A stretch of DNA of 62,204 nt, counting the filler. It is 6 parts of 6 records of this genome, joined end to end, with 100 filler letters (N's around TTAATTAATTAA, not from the genome) between each part and the next. Parts side by side here need not be neighbours in the genome. Positions count along the whole stretch, not along the records: positions 1 to 28,747 come from SRR20825010_1949; 5 more parts are not named here. One strand, given 5' to 3'. The position numbers and the translations under genes were made by a program. Below are positions 1 through 10,112 of this stretch, one piece after another. The notes under the pieces were generated by a model. That model had not been told where the DNA came from and did no database searches. It saw only the letters and a program-made list of their open reading frames with translations. Position 1 is the stretch's first letter. The number at the start of each line of letters is the position of its first letter.

Positions 1-20
1 TCTTCCCAAAAAAAAACCGA

Positions 21-42
21 GGGCTGAGCGGAGTCGAAACCC
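21..42. repeat. Bacteroidota REP-like element (GGGCTGAGCGGAGTCGAAACCC)
   Basis: Resembles the CTGAGCGGAGTCGAAG-type repeat common in flavobacterial intergenic DNA (from memory); lies just downstream of the 58..846 gene; single copy in this window. Confidence 0.5.
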
Positions 43-57
43 GAAACTCAAAGCACT

Positions 58-846
58 TTACTTCTCCAAATAATCCTGAGGAATATCAAAAAGTCCATCG
101 GTATTTGACAAAAATTCAATATTTGAAATCGTGGCGTTTCCGAGTTTATCTGTTAATCCTTCTGTTGCTCTCCAACCCCAGAAAGTCCATTCAGTGGCAA
201 AAGGAATTCCGTCGACTTTTTTGTAGTTATTGTACTCAATTGCATGCGGATCTTTTTCTGCCTCCTCACGTGATTTATTCAACGTAACAATGTATGCAGC
301 AGCTTTCACTAAATTTGATTCTGTATCTGAATACATAATGTACCAATCATCGGGAGCATCGCCAGTTCCTGAAGCAAACGTTAATTTTTGTTTGTTGTAG
401 TTTACATCATTCAATTCCGCCTGAGTAAATTCAGACCAATTTGTGCCCTTATCATCCAACTTAAACGGAAACAAGAAAAAGTAAGACCAGGTGTACGCAT
501 TAAAACGAACCTTCTCCTCGTTTTCAATTCCTGGAGAATGAAACACTTTTCCATTATCGTAAATCATTTTACTTCCGTCTTTCAATTCTATCAACCCTTT
601 TGTTGAATTGGTCAGTAAAGTCATTGATCCAGTCATTCGTTCTTTTCCTCCAAAAAACAATTGAATATCAAATTTTACGGCTTCCTTTTTCAGGAATTCG
701 GCTTTTGCATGAGCTTCACTCACCTTTCCAATTGGGTCAATGGTAGTTTCCTTCTTTGCAACTTCCTCTGTTTCCGAAGAGTCTGTCGTTTGCTGACAGC
801 CAAAAAATAGCATTCCTGAGATAATAAAATAAAGTGTTCTTTTCAT
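58..846 (-). CDS. Lipoprotein, DUF6503-like
   Basis: 262 aa; lipobox LFFG-C; YFFLFPFKLDDKG and GTGDAPDDWY motifs typical of this Bacteroidota family. Confidence 0.65.
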   Translation of the reverse strand: MKRTLYFIISGMLFFGCQQTTDSSETEEVAKKETTIDPIGKVSEAHAKAEFLKKEAVKFDIQLFFGGKERMTGSMTLLTNSTKGLIELKDGSKMIYDNGKVFHSPGIENEEKVRFNAYTWSYFFLFPFKLDDKGTNWSEFTQAELNDVNYNKQKLTFASGTGDAPDDWYIMYSDTESNLVKAAAYIVTLNKSREEAEKDPHAIEYNNYKKVDGIPFATEWTFWGWRATEGLTDKLGNATISNIEFLSNTDGLFDIPQDYLEK

Positions 847-937
847 TCTGAATTTAATTTTGAGTGACTTTAGACGAGAGAATCACTTATTCATTACATC
901 TGACTATCTCAAAAGATGTTAAATTTCTCAAAAGATC

Positions 938-1861
938 CTAAAGATGCTTCATCAAGTGGCGGTACAATTCCACCATTGTCATAATATCATACTTGAAAAC
1001 TTTTTCATCTGGTGTATGTACATTGTCTTCGGCAGCTCCAATAAAACACCAATCAATCGGTAAATATGACTTCTGAAGCATACTTCCATCACTCCCACCA
1101 GCAGATTCGACTTCAAGCTGAAATTTCACCCCAGATTCTTTTGCTAATGCGATAATTTTGTTTAGATACGATCTTCTAGGAACGCTACTATCTCGCATTG
1201 ATATTGCGACGCCACCTCCATGTTTTACACCAGAAGTCACCCAAGTGATATCGGAAATAAGCGCTTGATGAACCCCATAATTTTCGAGAAGGTACTTTGC
1301 GCAGAATGCTACCGAATTCCCTCCGTGTTCTTCATACGTTGAAAAAACAATCGCACCATTCTCTAATGTCTCAGCAACCTTCAGTGCAGACCATACTCCT
1401 AGTCGATTATCTAAATAGGGGGATTGAACAAATTCCTCCGTTTCTCTGAAATTTGGCTTAAAAGTTAAAATTGTTCCACGGTCAAATTCGCGTTCCGAGA
1501 CGTATTGATAGTTCATGTGCCCATCTTCATCTTCGATGATCATTAGCTCAGTTTCAATCTCACCGAAAGAATCCGAACCTACCAACTCCATTCCATCAAT
1601 GGTTCGCGGACCGCCTATTTTAATTAGTTCTTTGTCGTATCCCGTTGTAAAACCAATGGTATCGGTATGTGCATAAATAGCCGTTTTAGGAACACCAAAC
1701 ACCAGCATTAAACAATCCTGAAAACCAGGACCTTCAACAATTGTTGGTTGTACTTTCCAAGAATTTTTATTTTCTTCTATGTACTCCATCAAAAAAGACT
1801 TAATTGCTCCTTCGTCTCCCGAAGCAGAACGTACTTCTATCAATTTTCTTAGTAATTCCAT
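938..1861 (-). CDS. M42/M20-family metallopeptidase
   Basis: AHTD, LDNRLG, EEHG, SD, GGSDG and VHTPDE metal-binding motifs. Confidence 0.85.
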   Translation of the reverse strand: MELLRKLIEVRSASGDEGAIKSFLMEYIEENKNSWKVQPTIVEGPGFQDCLMLVFGVPKTAIYAHTDTIGFTTGYDKELIKIGGPRTIDGMELVGSDSFGEIETELMIIEDEDGHMNYQYVSEREFDRGTILTFKPNFRETEEFVQSPYLDNRLGVWSALKVAETLENGAIVFSTYEEHGGNSVAFCAKYLLENYGVHQALISDITWVTSGVKHGGGVAISMRDSSVPRRSYLNKIIALAKESGVKFQLEVESAGGSDGSMLQKSYLPIDWCFIGAAEDNVHTPDEKVFKYDIMTMVELYRHLMKHL

Positions 1862-1864
1862 CGT

Positions 1865-2479
1865 TTAATATTCTCCTAATGATCTAATTTTAACGGACGA
1901 AAATTGTCCGAGTTCTTCCTTTAACTCACTCGCTGAATTGAGTGGCAAATTTGTTTTTATTCTACAACTGATTTCAAATTCGCTTTCTACCTGTGGGAGG
2001 TCAAATTTCTTTAAAAAATTCATAACTCCAGGCATATCGATATATTCGAACGAAATCTGAACCCATTCAAATACTTCCTTCTCTATAATTTTCGCCGCAT
2101 CCAACGCTTCTTTTGCGGCTGTTCTGTACGCGTTAATTAATCCCCCAACTCCTAGTTTCGTCCCACCGTAATAGCGAACAACTCCGATTAAAACATTGGA
2201 TAACTCAAACGACTGAATCTGACCCAAAATAGGAGCTCCAGCCGAATTATTTGGCTCTCCATCGTCATTCGCACGATAGACATCTCCATCTAAACCAAAA
2301 CGATACGCATAACAAAGATGTCGAGCTTGATGATGTTCCTTTTTCCATTCAGCCAAGTATTGCTTCGCTTCATCCTCATCCCAGCAGGCAACGGCTATCC
2401 CGATAAATTTCGAGCCTTTTTCCTTATACAGACCTTCTGAACGACGCTTAACCGTAGAATATGTTGATTTTAAATTCAA
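1865..2479 (-). CDS. yigZ: YigZ/IMPACT family protein
   Basis: KGSKFIG, DDGEPNNSAG and VVRYYGGTKLGVGGLINAY signatures. Confidence 0.92.
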   Translation of the reverse strand: MNLKSTYSTVKRRSEGLYKEKGSKFIGIAVACWDEDEAKQYLAEWKKEHHQARHLCYAYRFGLDGDVYRANDDGEPNNSAGAPILGQIQSFELSNVLIGVVRYYGGTKLGVGGLINAYRTAAKEALDAAKIIEKEVFEWVQISFEYIDMPGVMNFLKKFDLPQVESEFEISCRIKTNLPLNSASELKEELGQFSSVKIRSLGEY

Positions 2480-2507
2480 ATTTTGTATTTTTCAAAAAAC
2501 ATAACGA

Positions 2508-3032
2508 ATGAAAACTTTCATTATCGTAATTCTTGCAATGTTAGTTATTTTTTCCTCATGCAATAAGAAGGAAGACGAGGTAAACCTTTGCCAAAATGGC
2601 TTTTTAGACCCAGGAGAAACATCACCAGATTGTGGAGGGAACTGTCCTCCTTGTAATAACACGAGTCCCTCAAGTCTTTATGTTGAGATCAATGGAAATC
2701 AAACTACAATGACAAATCGCTCTTTGAACTACGAGCAAGGGACTTGGAGCTTAGTGATGACAAACGATTCTTTAAACATTCAACTTAACTTGGGGACGAA
2801 TGGAAATGTCGGAACATTTTCGATCTCTCCTGCGGAAACTTATGCGTTTAAAAACGGAACAAGTTACCCAATTCAAGAAAATGGAACGTATTCTATTATC
2901 AACCATGATTTTAACGCACGAAAAATGAGTGGTTACTTTCAAATTCGTTTTTTAAAGCAATTCCCCAACAATCCTTTGTTGTTTGACACGCTAGAACTCT
3001 CTTCTGGTCAGTTTATCGATATGATTTACTAA
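2508..3032 (+). CDS. Lipoprotein with N-terminal Cys-rich motif, function unknown
   Basis: Lipobox FSS-C; CQNGFLDPGETSPDCGGNCPPC followed by a beta-rich domain. Confidence 0.7.
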   Translation: MKTFIIVILAMLVIFSSCNKKEDEVNLCQNGFLDPGETSPDCGGNCPPCNNTSPSSLYVEINGNQTTMTNRSLNYEQGTWSLVMTNDSLNIQLNLGTNGNVGTFSISPAETYAFKNGTSYPIQENGTYSIINHDFNARKMSGYFQIRFLKQFPNNPLLFDTLELSSGQFIDMIY

Positions 3033-3112
3033 TTAGCCCACGGCTAAATCGAGTTAGATCATTATCCTACCTGTTAATGACCATTTTACGCGCTACAAAA
3101 ATTAATATTTCG

Positions 3113-3120
3113 TACTTTTG
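3113..3120 (+). promoter_or_regulatory. Bacteroidota -7 promoter element TAnnTTTG
   Basis: TACTTTTG 56 nt upstream of the 3177 ATG. Confidence 0.45.
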
Positions 3121-3176
3121 TAACAATACGGGGTTAAAACTTTAAAATTTTAACATCTACTAAAGACAACTAAACT

Positions 3177-3503
3177 ATGAATTACCTACTCATCGGGGTG
3201 AGTATGCTGTGCAGCGTGGCAGCCTACTCTCAACAACCCGAAGCATCCTCGCGGTTTCAGACATTCCCAGCGGTTTCATCACATATTACTAGATACAAAC
3301 AGGATTATGAATTAAAGGATTATTCCTTTGTCAATCGCGACAGCACTGTCTTAAATCAACTTGATTTAGAAGATCTTGAATCCCAAAGACCTAATTCTGG
3401 AACAATGGAGATCACAGATCCGAACACTGGACTAGTAATAATTCTCTATTCTCGAAAATACCAATTGTCGATTGTTAATCCTGAAAAAAGTGAAAAGCTA
3501 TGA
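3177..3503 (+). CDS. Small secreted hypothetical protein (paralog of 5618..5953)
   Basis: Signal peptide AYS-Q; ATGA overlap with the next gene; shares RY..DY.LKDY.FVN.DST.L.Q.DLE with 5618..5953. Confidence 0.75.
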   Translation: MNYLLIGVSMLCSVAAYSQQPEASSRFQTFPAVSSHITRYKQDYELKDYSFVNRDSTVLNQLDLEDLESQRPNSGTMEITDPNTGLVIILYSRKYQLSIVNPEKSEKL

Positions 3504-5428
3504 AATCATTAATTCTAATTGGATTCGTCCTTCTTTCAACAATAACGAGTGCCCAAACATATAACAACCCTGGTGGCTATATCAGCACGTGTGCTGGAAC
3601 ATTTTACGACACGGGAGGCTCTGGAGGAAATTACAGTAACAACGAAAACATTACGACAACATTCTGCTCTAGCGCAGGCACATGTGTACGGTTAAATTTT
3701 TCTCAACTCAGTCTTCAAAACGGTGATGTTCTTACCATATATGATGGAAATAGTTCGGGCGGGACAGTTCTTGGCGCGTATACAAACACAACTACCGCTC
3801 CCGGAATATTCACCTCAACTTCAGGATGTCTTACTTTTAGGTTTACATCAAATGGATCATCCGTAAATTCAGGATGGACAGCCGCGATATCTTGTGTTGT
3901 GTGTCCTACTCTTACTTATACCCATCCTACAGTTGGGATCAATGGAGAATTTGTTGGAAGTTGTCTTGTCTCAAATTGCGGACCGTCAACATATACAGAT
4001 AACGGAGGAGCATTGGGTAACTATTCCAACGGAATTCCACTTATTTATCGTGTTTTCTGTCCAAATCAGGCTGGAAACTGTATGCGCGTTACATTTAATA
4101 GTTTTGCGTTGGAGGCACCATCTTCCCCGAATGCTTATGACATGCTTTTTGTTCAAAACGGACCGACACAAAATAGTCCAGGATTCACTGGAGCGCCAAA
4201 TGCCACATACAATCTTGCTGGTTGGGGACCTGGATTCACAGGACTAACGGGCGTTCTCCCTACTCCATTTAGCTTTACTTCCACAGATCCAAGCGGATGT
4301 TTAACCTTTAGATTTGCATCAGATGGTTCGGTAACTGCTCCTGGATGGAATGCAACGCTTCAATGTGTTCCATGCGCATCAGGACCAACTGGAACGACCA
4401 ATAGTGATTGTAAAAACTTTACTGCACTTTGTTCTGCGGTTGCTGTCCCTGGAAATTCTGTTGGACCGGGAATTATGGCCGAAGGTTGTACAGGAACGGC
4501 TTGTCCGGCTGGTGGTGAAAACCATACGAATTGGTACAAAATACAGATTTCTACTTCTGGAACGCTAGACATAACATTGACGCCTTCAACTATGACTGAC
4601 GATTATGATTTCATGATTTTCGGGCCAAACCCAGCATGTAACAATCTTGGAGCCCCTTTAAGATGTACAGATTCTGGAATGACGGGAGTAACTGGAACAA
4701 ATAATACAGCGGGCGATAATACTGAAGATGTTACGGGAGATAGTTTTCTACAAACCCTTAATGTGACTGTCGGACAAACATATTTAATCGCTGTGGATGA
4801 ATGGAGCCCGAATGCAGGTTCTGGGTACACAATGACCTTTGGAGGAACTGCAGGTCTCGATTGCGTTGTACTTCCTGTTGAATTAAGTGAGTTTAATGCA
4901 GAATACGTTCCAGACTATGATGTTGTAGACATTGTTTGGTCAACAGAATCGGAAAGAGACAACGATTATTTTGTTGTTGAGAAATCTCTTGATGGAAATA
5001 CATTTACAGAAATTGGAAGAGTAGATGGAGTTGGCAATTCTGCCATGGAAACGAACTATTATGCGATGGATACTGACCCACAAGTCGGTGTAAGCTATTA
5101 TCGTTTGAAGCAAGTTGATGTAAACGGAGAGTTTAATTATTCACCGCTCAAGTCTGTTAACCTTCTTGACGATGCTTACGATATTATTAGTATTTCTCCG
5201 AATCCAACAAAAAATGAGACGGACATTGTGTTTAATTGCTACAACAAAGAAGAAGCAACGTTAAAACTCTACGATTCCAAAGGAAATCTTTTTGAAACGG
5301 TCATTATTGACTGTGTTCCCGGCGGAAATCACGTCAAAATTGATTTATCGTCAAAACCAGATGGTGTTTATTTTGTTACAATCACCACAAACAACAAGGC
5401 ATACGACGCAAAAATCTTGAAACAGTAA
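3500..5428 (+). CDS. T9SS type A sorting-domain protein with two CUB-like domains
   Basis: Signal peptide; two D.GG..GNYSN...CLTFRF.S.GS....GW CUB-like units; LPVEL then Ig-like VEKSLDG..F segment with YYRLKQVD; C-terminal SPNPT...GVYFV...KILKQ CTD. Confidence 0.88.
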   Translation: MKSLILIGFVLLSTITSAQTYNNPGGYISTCAGTFYDTGGSGGNYSNNENITTTFCSSAGTCVRLNFSQLSLQNGDVLTIYDGNSSGGTVLGAYTNTTTAPGIFTSTSGCLTFRFTSNGSSVNSGWTAAISCVVCPTLTYTHPTVGINGEFVGSCLVSNCGPSTYTDNGGALGNYSNGIPLIYRVFCPNQAGNCMRVTFNSFALEAPSSPNAYDMLFVQNGPTQNSPGFTGAPNATYNLAGWGPGFTGLTGVLPTPFSFTSTDPSGCLTFRFASDGSVTAPGWNATLQCVPCASGPTGTTNSDCKNFTALCSAVAVPGNSVGPGIMAEGCTGTACPAGGENHTNWYKIQISTSGTLDITLTPSTMTDDYDFMIFGPNPACNNLGAPLRCTDSGMTGVTGTNNTAGDNTEDVTGDSFLQTLNVTVGQTYLIAVDEWSPNAGSGYTMTFGGTAGLDCVVLPVELSEFNAEYVPDYDVVDIVWSTESERDNDYFVVEKSLDGNTFTEIGRVDGVGNSAMETNYYAMDTDPQVGVSYYRLKQVDVNGEFNYSPLKSVNLLDDAYDIISISPNPTKNETDIVFNCYNKEEATLKLYDSKGNLFETVIIDCVPGGNHVKIDLSSKPDGVYFVTITTNNKAYDAKILKQ

Positions 5429-5451
5429 AAAACCTAGTACACTGAAAATTA

Positions 5452-5480
5452 AAGGGTAAGATAATACGTCTTACCCTTGT
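5452..5480 (+). terminator. Putative rho-independent terminator
   Basis: AAGGGTAAGA-N7-TCTTACCCTT stem after the 5428 stop. Confidence 0.6.
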
Positions 5481-5617
5481 TAAAATGTAAAGCAATCAAA
5501 TATTCATTCAAAAACGCACTTTACTCAATCCCAAGGCTATTTAGATAATTAACTAAAACTCATTAGCTTTTTTATACGTTATAGGAGGTAGAATCATACA
5601 AATAAAAAACTTTGTGA

Positions 5618-5953
5618 ATGATACAGCTACTACACATCACTGCAATATTTTGGCTCACGACCAATTTTGCTTACTCCCAAAACAGCAGTGCCAGATATTT
5701 TTCTACACCTGTTCCTCCCTCAAACATTGAACGTTACAACATTGATTACGCTTTAAAAGACTACGTTTTCGTTAATGCGGATAGTACGATATTGGAGCAA
5801 ATTGATTTAGAATCAATAGAACATTTAAGAAGTGACTCAGAGAGTATTGAGGTTTTGGATAACAACACAGGTCAAATTGTAATCCTTTTTCATGTAAAGA
5901 AAAAGCCAACTACAGTTGTCACTGAACACACTACTAAACCCTCAAATCTCTAA
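5618..5953 (+). CDS. Small secreted hypothetical protein (paralog of 3177..3503)
   Basis: Signal peptide AYS-Q; clear similarity to 3177..3503; 3 nt before the next ATG. Confidence 0.75.
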   Translation: MIQLLHITAIFWLTTNFAYSQNSSARYFSTPVPPSNIERYNIDYALKDYVFVNADSTILEQIDLESIEHLRSDSESIEVLDNNTGQIVILFHVKKKPTTVVTEHTTKPSNL

Positions 5954-5956
5954 ATC

Positions 5957-7519
5957 ATGAAACCTCATTTTTTCAAAAAAATGGGAGTAGCAGGTTTTAC
6001 CTTTATCTCCCTTTCCGCATCTGCGCAATATACCCATCCAACAGTAGGTATCAATAGTGAATTTGTAGGATCATGTTTAGTTTCTACTTGCGGTCCGAGC
6101 ACCTATACCGACAACGGAGGAACTCTTGGAAATTACTCAAATGGAATTAATCAAATCTATCGTGTGTTCTGCCCCAATACGGCTGGGAACTGTATGAGGG
6201 TTAATTTCATAAGCTTTAACGTTGAGGCTGGATGGGATTTTTTATTAGTAAAAAACGGTCCCACACAAAACAGTCCTGATTTCACAACATTCCCAGCGTC
6301 ACCAACGAACTATGGTGGAATTACTGGATTGAATGGAAATTTAGGTGGTTCTGTTCCGTTTAGCTATACCTCTACAGACCCAAGTGGCTGTTTGACTTTC
6401 AGGTTTTACTCGGATGGTTCTGTTAACCGTGCTGGCTGGATCTCAACGCTCAGTTGCGTTCCTTGTGCGATTGGACCAAATGGTACAGACAACAATGATT
6501 GTATTCGTATGACTCCGCTGTGTAGCGCAGCAGCCGTCTCTGGTAATGCTTCTGGCCCTGGAATTATCGCGGAAGGATGTACAGGAACTGCATGTCCAGC
6601 AGGAGGTGAAAATCACACAAGTTGGTATACATTTACTGCGCAGACTACAGGATCGCTGAACATAATGATCACGCCTACAGACCCAACGGATGATTACGAC
6701 TTTGCAATTTATGGCCCAAACACTTCATGTGGAGCTCTTGGTGCGCCAATACGCTGCACGGATTCAGGAAACACAGGAAGTACTGGATTAACTGGTTCAG
6801 CTGGAGACAACACGGAAGATGTTACTGGTGATAGTTTCTTACAAACGATGAATGTGATTGCCGGTCAGTCTTACATCCTTGTAGTGGACGAATGGAGCCC
6901 AAGTGCTGGTTCAGGATACAATCTGAGCTTTTCGGGTACTGCCTCTTTAGATTGTACTATTCTTCCAGTTGAACTTGCCGAATTTGAAGTTGAGTATGTT
7001 GCAGATCAAGACATCGTAGACATTCAATGGTCCACTGAAACAGAGAGAGACAACGATTATTTTGCTGTAGAACGATCTTCAGACGGAGTAATATTCGAAG
7101 AAATTGCCCGAACAAATTCAACAGGAAACTCAACTACAGAAACAAAATATTATGCGATGGATGAAGATCCTTATGTTGGGGTCAACTACTATCGACTGCG
7201 TCAGGTTGACATTAATGGGGATGTACATTATTCCATATTAAAGTCCATTAATATACTTGACGATTTCTATGACTTACTGTCTGTAGTTCCAAATCCTACG
7301 AATGATCGTTCCGAAGTTATTTTCAACGCTTATGCCGATGAGAATGCTGATCTAAAAATCTACAATTCAAGAGGCGCTCTTATTGAACATGCTTCTATCA
7401 GCTGTTTAGCAGGAGGAAATAGAATGGAAATAGATTTAACAGGACAAGAAGATGGAATCTATATGCTTATTGTAACAACGCACGATAAAACGTATACGGC
7501 TAAAATATTAAAACAATAA
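5957..7519 (+). CDS. T9SS type A sorting-domain protein with one CUB-like domain (paralog of 3500..5428)
   Basis: Near-identical blocks (YTHPTVGIN.EFVGSCLVS, AEGCTGTACPAGGENHT, AGDNTEDVTGDSFLQT); LPVEL; CTD ending KILKQ. Confidence 0.88.
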   Translation: MKPHFFKKMGVAGFTFISLSASAQYTHPTVGINSEFVGSCLVSTCGPSTYTDNGGTLGNYSNGINQIYRVFCPNTAGNCMRVNFISFNVEAGWDFLLVKNGPTQNSPDFTTFPASPTNYGGITGLNGNLGGSVPFSYTSTDPSGCLTFRFYSDGSVNRAGWISTLSCVPCAIGPNGTDNNDCIRMTPLCSAAAVSGNASGPGIIAEGCTGTACPAGGENHTSWYTFTAQTTGSLNIMITPTDPTDDYDFAIYGPNTSCGALGAPIRCTDSGNTGSTGLTGSAGDNTEDVTGDSFLQTMNVIAGQSYILVVDEWSPSAGSGYNLSFSGTASLDCTILPVELAEFEVEYVADQDIVDIQWSTETERDNDYFAVERSSDGVIFEEIARTNSTGNSTTETKYYAMDEDPYVGVNYYRLRQVDINGDVHYSILKSINILDDFYDLLSVVPNPTNDRSEVIFNAYADENADLKIYNSRGALIEHASISCLAGGNRMEIDLTGQEDGIYMLIVTTHDKTYTAKILKQ

Positions 7520-7537
7520 GCTAAAACTATACTAAAT

Positions 7538-7572
7538 AAAAAATGGGATTCAATTGCTTGAATCCCATTTTT
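7538..7572. terminator. Bidirectional rho-independent terminator
   Basis: AAAAATGGGATTCAA-ttgc-TTGAATCCCATTTTT between convergent genes. Confidence 0.8.
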
Positions 7573-7591
7573 CGTTCAAATATCACTGTGA

Positions 7592-8527
7592 TTAGCCCTT
7601 CGCAGAATTCGTGTCATCACTAAACTGCTTACCGACATAAGTTCCTCTAATAATCTGATCTTGGAAATCCTTCATTCCACCTGGAGAGTGAGGCATTAGG
7701 ATAGATGAATTTTTAGAATTCGCTCCGATATCTTTAATCGTATCAAAGTATTGTGTCATTAACACGAACTGCATGATTTCTTCGTGGGTTACGTTATCCA
7801 ACGACTTTTTGAAGTCTTCAACAGATTCCTTGAATCCACGAACAATCTCCAAACGTTGCTTAGCGATCCCTTCTCCTGACAGACGCTTTGATTCTGCTTC
7901 AGCCTCAGCTTCCTTCACAATTCTAATTTTATTCCCTTCAGCCTCTTCTAAAGCAGCTTCACGACCTCTCTTAGCAGCATTAATTCTATTCATCGATTCC
8001 TTTACCTTGTGATCTGGATCGATATCGGTGATCAATGCTCTGATAATATTATACCCGTATTGATCCATGCTCGCTGCAATGTTTCGTTGAACCGCAATCG
8101 CAATATCATCTTTCTTCGCAAAAACGTCATCCAATTCCAATTTTGGAACCTCCGCTCGAACGTCGTCAAAAACATAGGATGCAATTTGATTCTTCGCATT
8201 ATCCATCGAATAATATGCTTCACGCGCCATTAGGCGACTAACTGAATACTGCACAGAAACCTGAAGATTCACAAATACGTCATCTTTGGTTTTTGTCTCA
8301 ATGGTCACATCTAGTTGTTGAACTCGAAGATTCATTACCGACGCTTTTCGGTCAATAAAAGGAATAATGAACCCTAGTCCTGAATGCGCTACTCGCTGAA
8401 ATTTCCCAAACCTTTCAATGATATAAGCTGTTTGCTCAGTAACCATTATTACGGCCTTAAAAATGATAATTATACCAATTACACCAAGAACAATCGGCAC
8501 AATTGGAATTTGAAATCCTTCTTCCAT
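7592..8527 (-). CDS. SPFH/band 7 domain protein
   Basis: N-terminal TM, IIERFGKF, ETKTKDDVFV, YVFDDVRAEVP and a coiled-coil tail. Confidence 0.92.
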   Translation of the reverse strand: MEEGFQIPIVPIVLGVIGIIIIFKAVIMVTEQTAYIIERFGKFQRVAHSGLGFIIPFIDRKASVMNLRVQQLDVTIETKTKDDVFVNLQVSVQYSVSRLMAREAYYSMDNAKNQIASYVFDDVRAEVPKLELDDVFAKKDDIAIAVQRNIAASMDQYGYNIIRALITDIDPDHKVKESMNRINAAKRGREAALEEAEGNKIRIVKEAEAEAESKRLSGEGIAKQRLEIVRGFKESVEDFKKSLDNVTHEEIMQFVLMTQYFDTIKDIGANSKNSSILMPHSPGGMKDFQDQIIRGTYVGKQFSDDTNSAKG

Positions 8528-8634
8528 TAGTTAAGTTTTATTTTGTTTCTATGAAGGTACTAAATATCCAAAACTATACGGCTACTTTGTGTTCTAATGC
8601 TCAAAATCCTGTTCTTGCGGAAAATTATACGGAT

Positions 8635-8661
8635 AAAAAAAGCCACTCTATTGAGTGGCTT
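8635..8661 (-). terminator. Terminator downstream of dnaA
   Basis: AAGCCACTC-tatt-GAGTGGCTT stem followed by a T-tract on the minus strand. Confidence 0.7.
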
Positions 8662-8681
8662 CAGTTTTGAATTTTTCTTAA

Positions 8682-10112
8682 TTACTGAATTGTAAGTTTC
8701 TTTTCAAGATCCTCTAGGTAAGCTCTAAACTGTTTATCAGTCTCAGACAAATTGGTTACCGTTCTACAAGCATGAAGAACCGTTGCGTGATCTTTACCAC
8801 CACAATGCGCTCCAATGTTTGCTAAAGAAGATTTGGTCATCTTTTTAGAGAAATACATTGAAATTTGACGTGCTTGCACAACTTCTCGTTTTCTCGTTTT
8901 CGATTTTAAAATCTCCAATGGAAGGTCGAAATAATCGCACACTACCTTTTGGATATATTCTATAGATACCTCACGAGCTGTATTCTTAACAAACTTGTCA
9001 ACCATTTGTTTCGCAAGCTCTAGAGTAATTGCTTTTTTGTTCAATGAAGCTTGAGCGAGAAGCGTATTCAAAGCTCCTTCCATTTCTCTCACATTCGTAT
9101 TAATCGAATATGCTAGATACTCAACAACATCTTTTGGAAGATCGATTCCGTTTCCGTACATCTTCTTTTCCAAAATTGCCATTCTCGTTTCCAAATCAGG
9201 AGAACTTAAATCCGCAGACAAGCCCCATTTGAATCGAGACAATAAACGTTGCTCCATCCCTTGCATTTCCACCGGTGGTTTATCACTCGTAAGAATGATC
9301 TGTTTACCATTTTGGTGCAAGTGATTAAATACGTGGAAGAATACATCTTGGGTTTTCTCTTTACCAGAAAAGAACTGAACATCATCAATGATTAAAACAT
9401 CTATCATTTGATAAAAATGGATGAAATCATTTGTTGTCTGATTCTTAATAGCATCGATAAACTGATGTGCAAATTTTTCTGATCCAACGTAAAGAACAGT
9501 CTTATTAGGAAATTGGTTCTTAATTGAAATTCCGATTGCATGCGCCAAGTGCGTTTTTCCAAGTCCTACTCCCCCGTAAATGAGAAGTGGATTAAATGCG
9601 GTACCACCTGGTTTGTTCGCAACTGCATAACCAGAAGCTCTAGCAAGGCGGTTACAATCACCTTCCACAAAGTTTTCAAAAGAATACGATGGATTCAAAT
9701 TAGAATCTACGTTCACTTTTTTCAACCCAGGAATAATGAATGGATTTCGAATTTGTTTTTCGCTGATGTTCAAAGGCATTGAGACGGGAGAGTTCTTTAA
9801 TGCTTTCTTGTTAAGTGCAGGAAGTTTCACCGTATATGGTGTAGTACTAGTCGTATTATTTTCCATAATAATGCTGTACTCTAAACGTCCTTCCACTCCA
9901 AGTTCCTTTCGAATAACTTTTTTAAGTAAAGTGATGTAATTCTCTTCAAGCCACTCATAGAAAAAATGAGAAGGTACTTGAATAGTTAATACATCATCTT
10001 CCAATTTCACAGGGACAATAGGTTCGAACCATGTTTTGAATGCTTGTAACGAAATGTTGTCCTTAATAATTTTAAGACAAGATCCCCAAACGCCCTCGTG
10101 ATTTTTACTCAT
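8682..10112 (-). CDS. dnaA: Chromosomal replication initiator DnaA
   Basis: FKTWF domain I, GGVGLGKTHL Walker A, LIIDDVQF Walker B, NVREMEG, GGKDHATVLHAC. Confidence 0.98.
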   Translation of the reverse strand: MSKNHEGVWGSCLKIIKDNISLQAFKTWFEPIVPVKLEDDVLTIQVPSHFFYEWLEENYITLLKKVIRKELGVEGRLEYSIIMENNTTSTTPYTVKLPALNKKALKNSPVSMPLNISEKQIRNPFIIPGLKKVNVDSNLNPSYSFENFVEGDCNRLARASGYAVANKPGGTAFNPLLIYGGVGLGKTHLAHAIGISIKNQFPNKTVLYVGSEKFAHQFIDAIKNQTTNDFIHFYQMIDVLIIDDVQFFSGKEKTQDVFFHVFNHLHQNGKQIILTSDKPPVEMQGMEQRLLSRFKWGLSADLSSPDLETRMAILEKKMYGNGIDLPKDVVEYLAYSINTNVREMEGALNTLLAQASLNKKAITLELAKQMVDKFVKNTAREVSIEYIQKVVCDYFDLPLEILKSKTRKREVVQARQISMYFSKKMTKSSLANIGAHCGGKDHATVLHACRTVTNLSETDKQFRAYLEDLEKKLTIQ

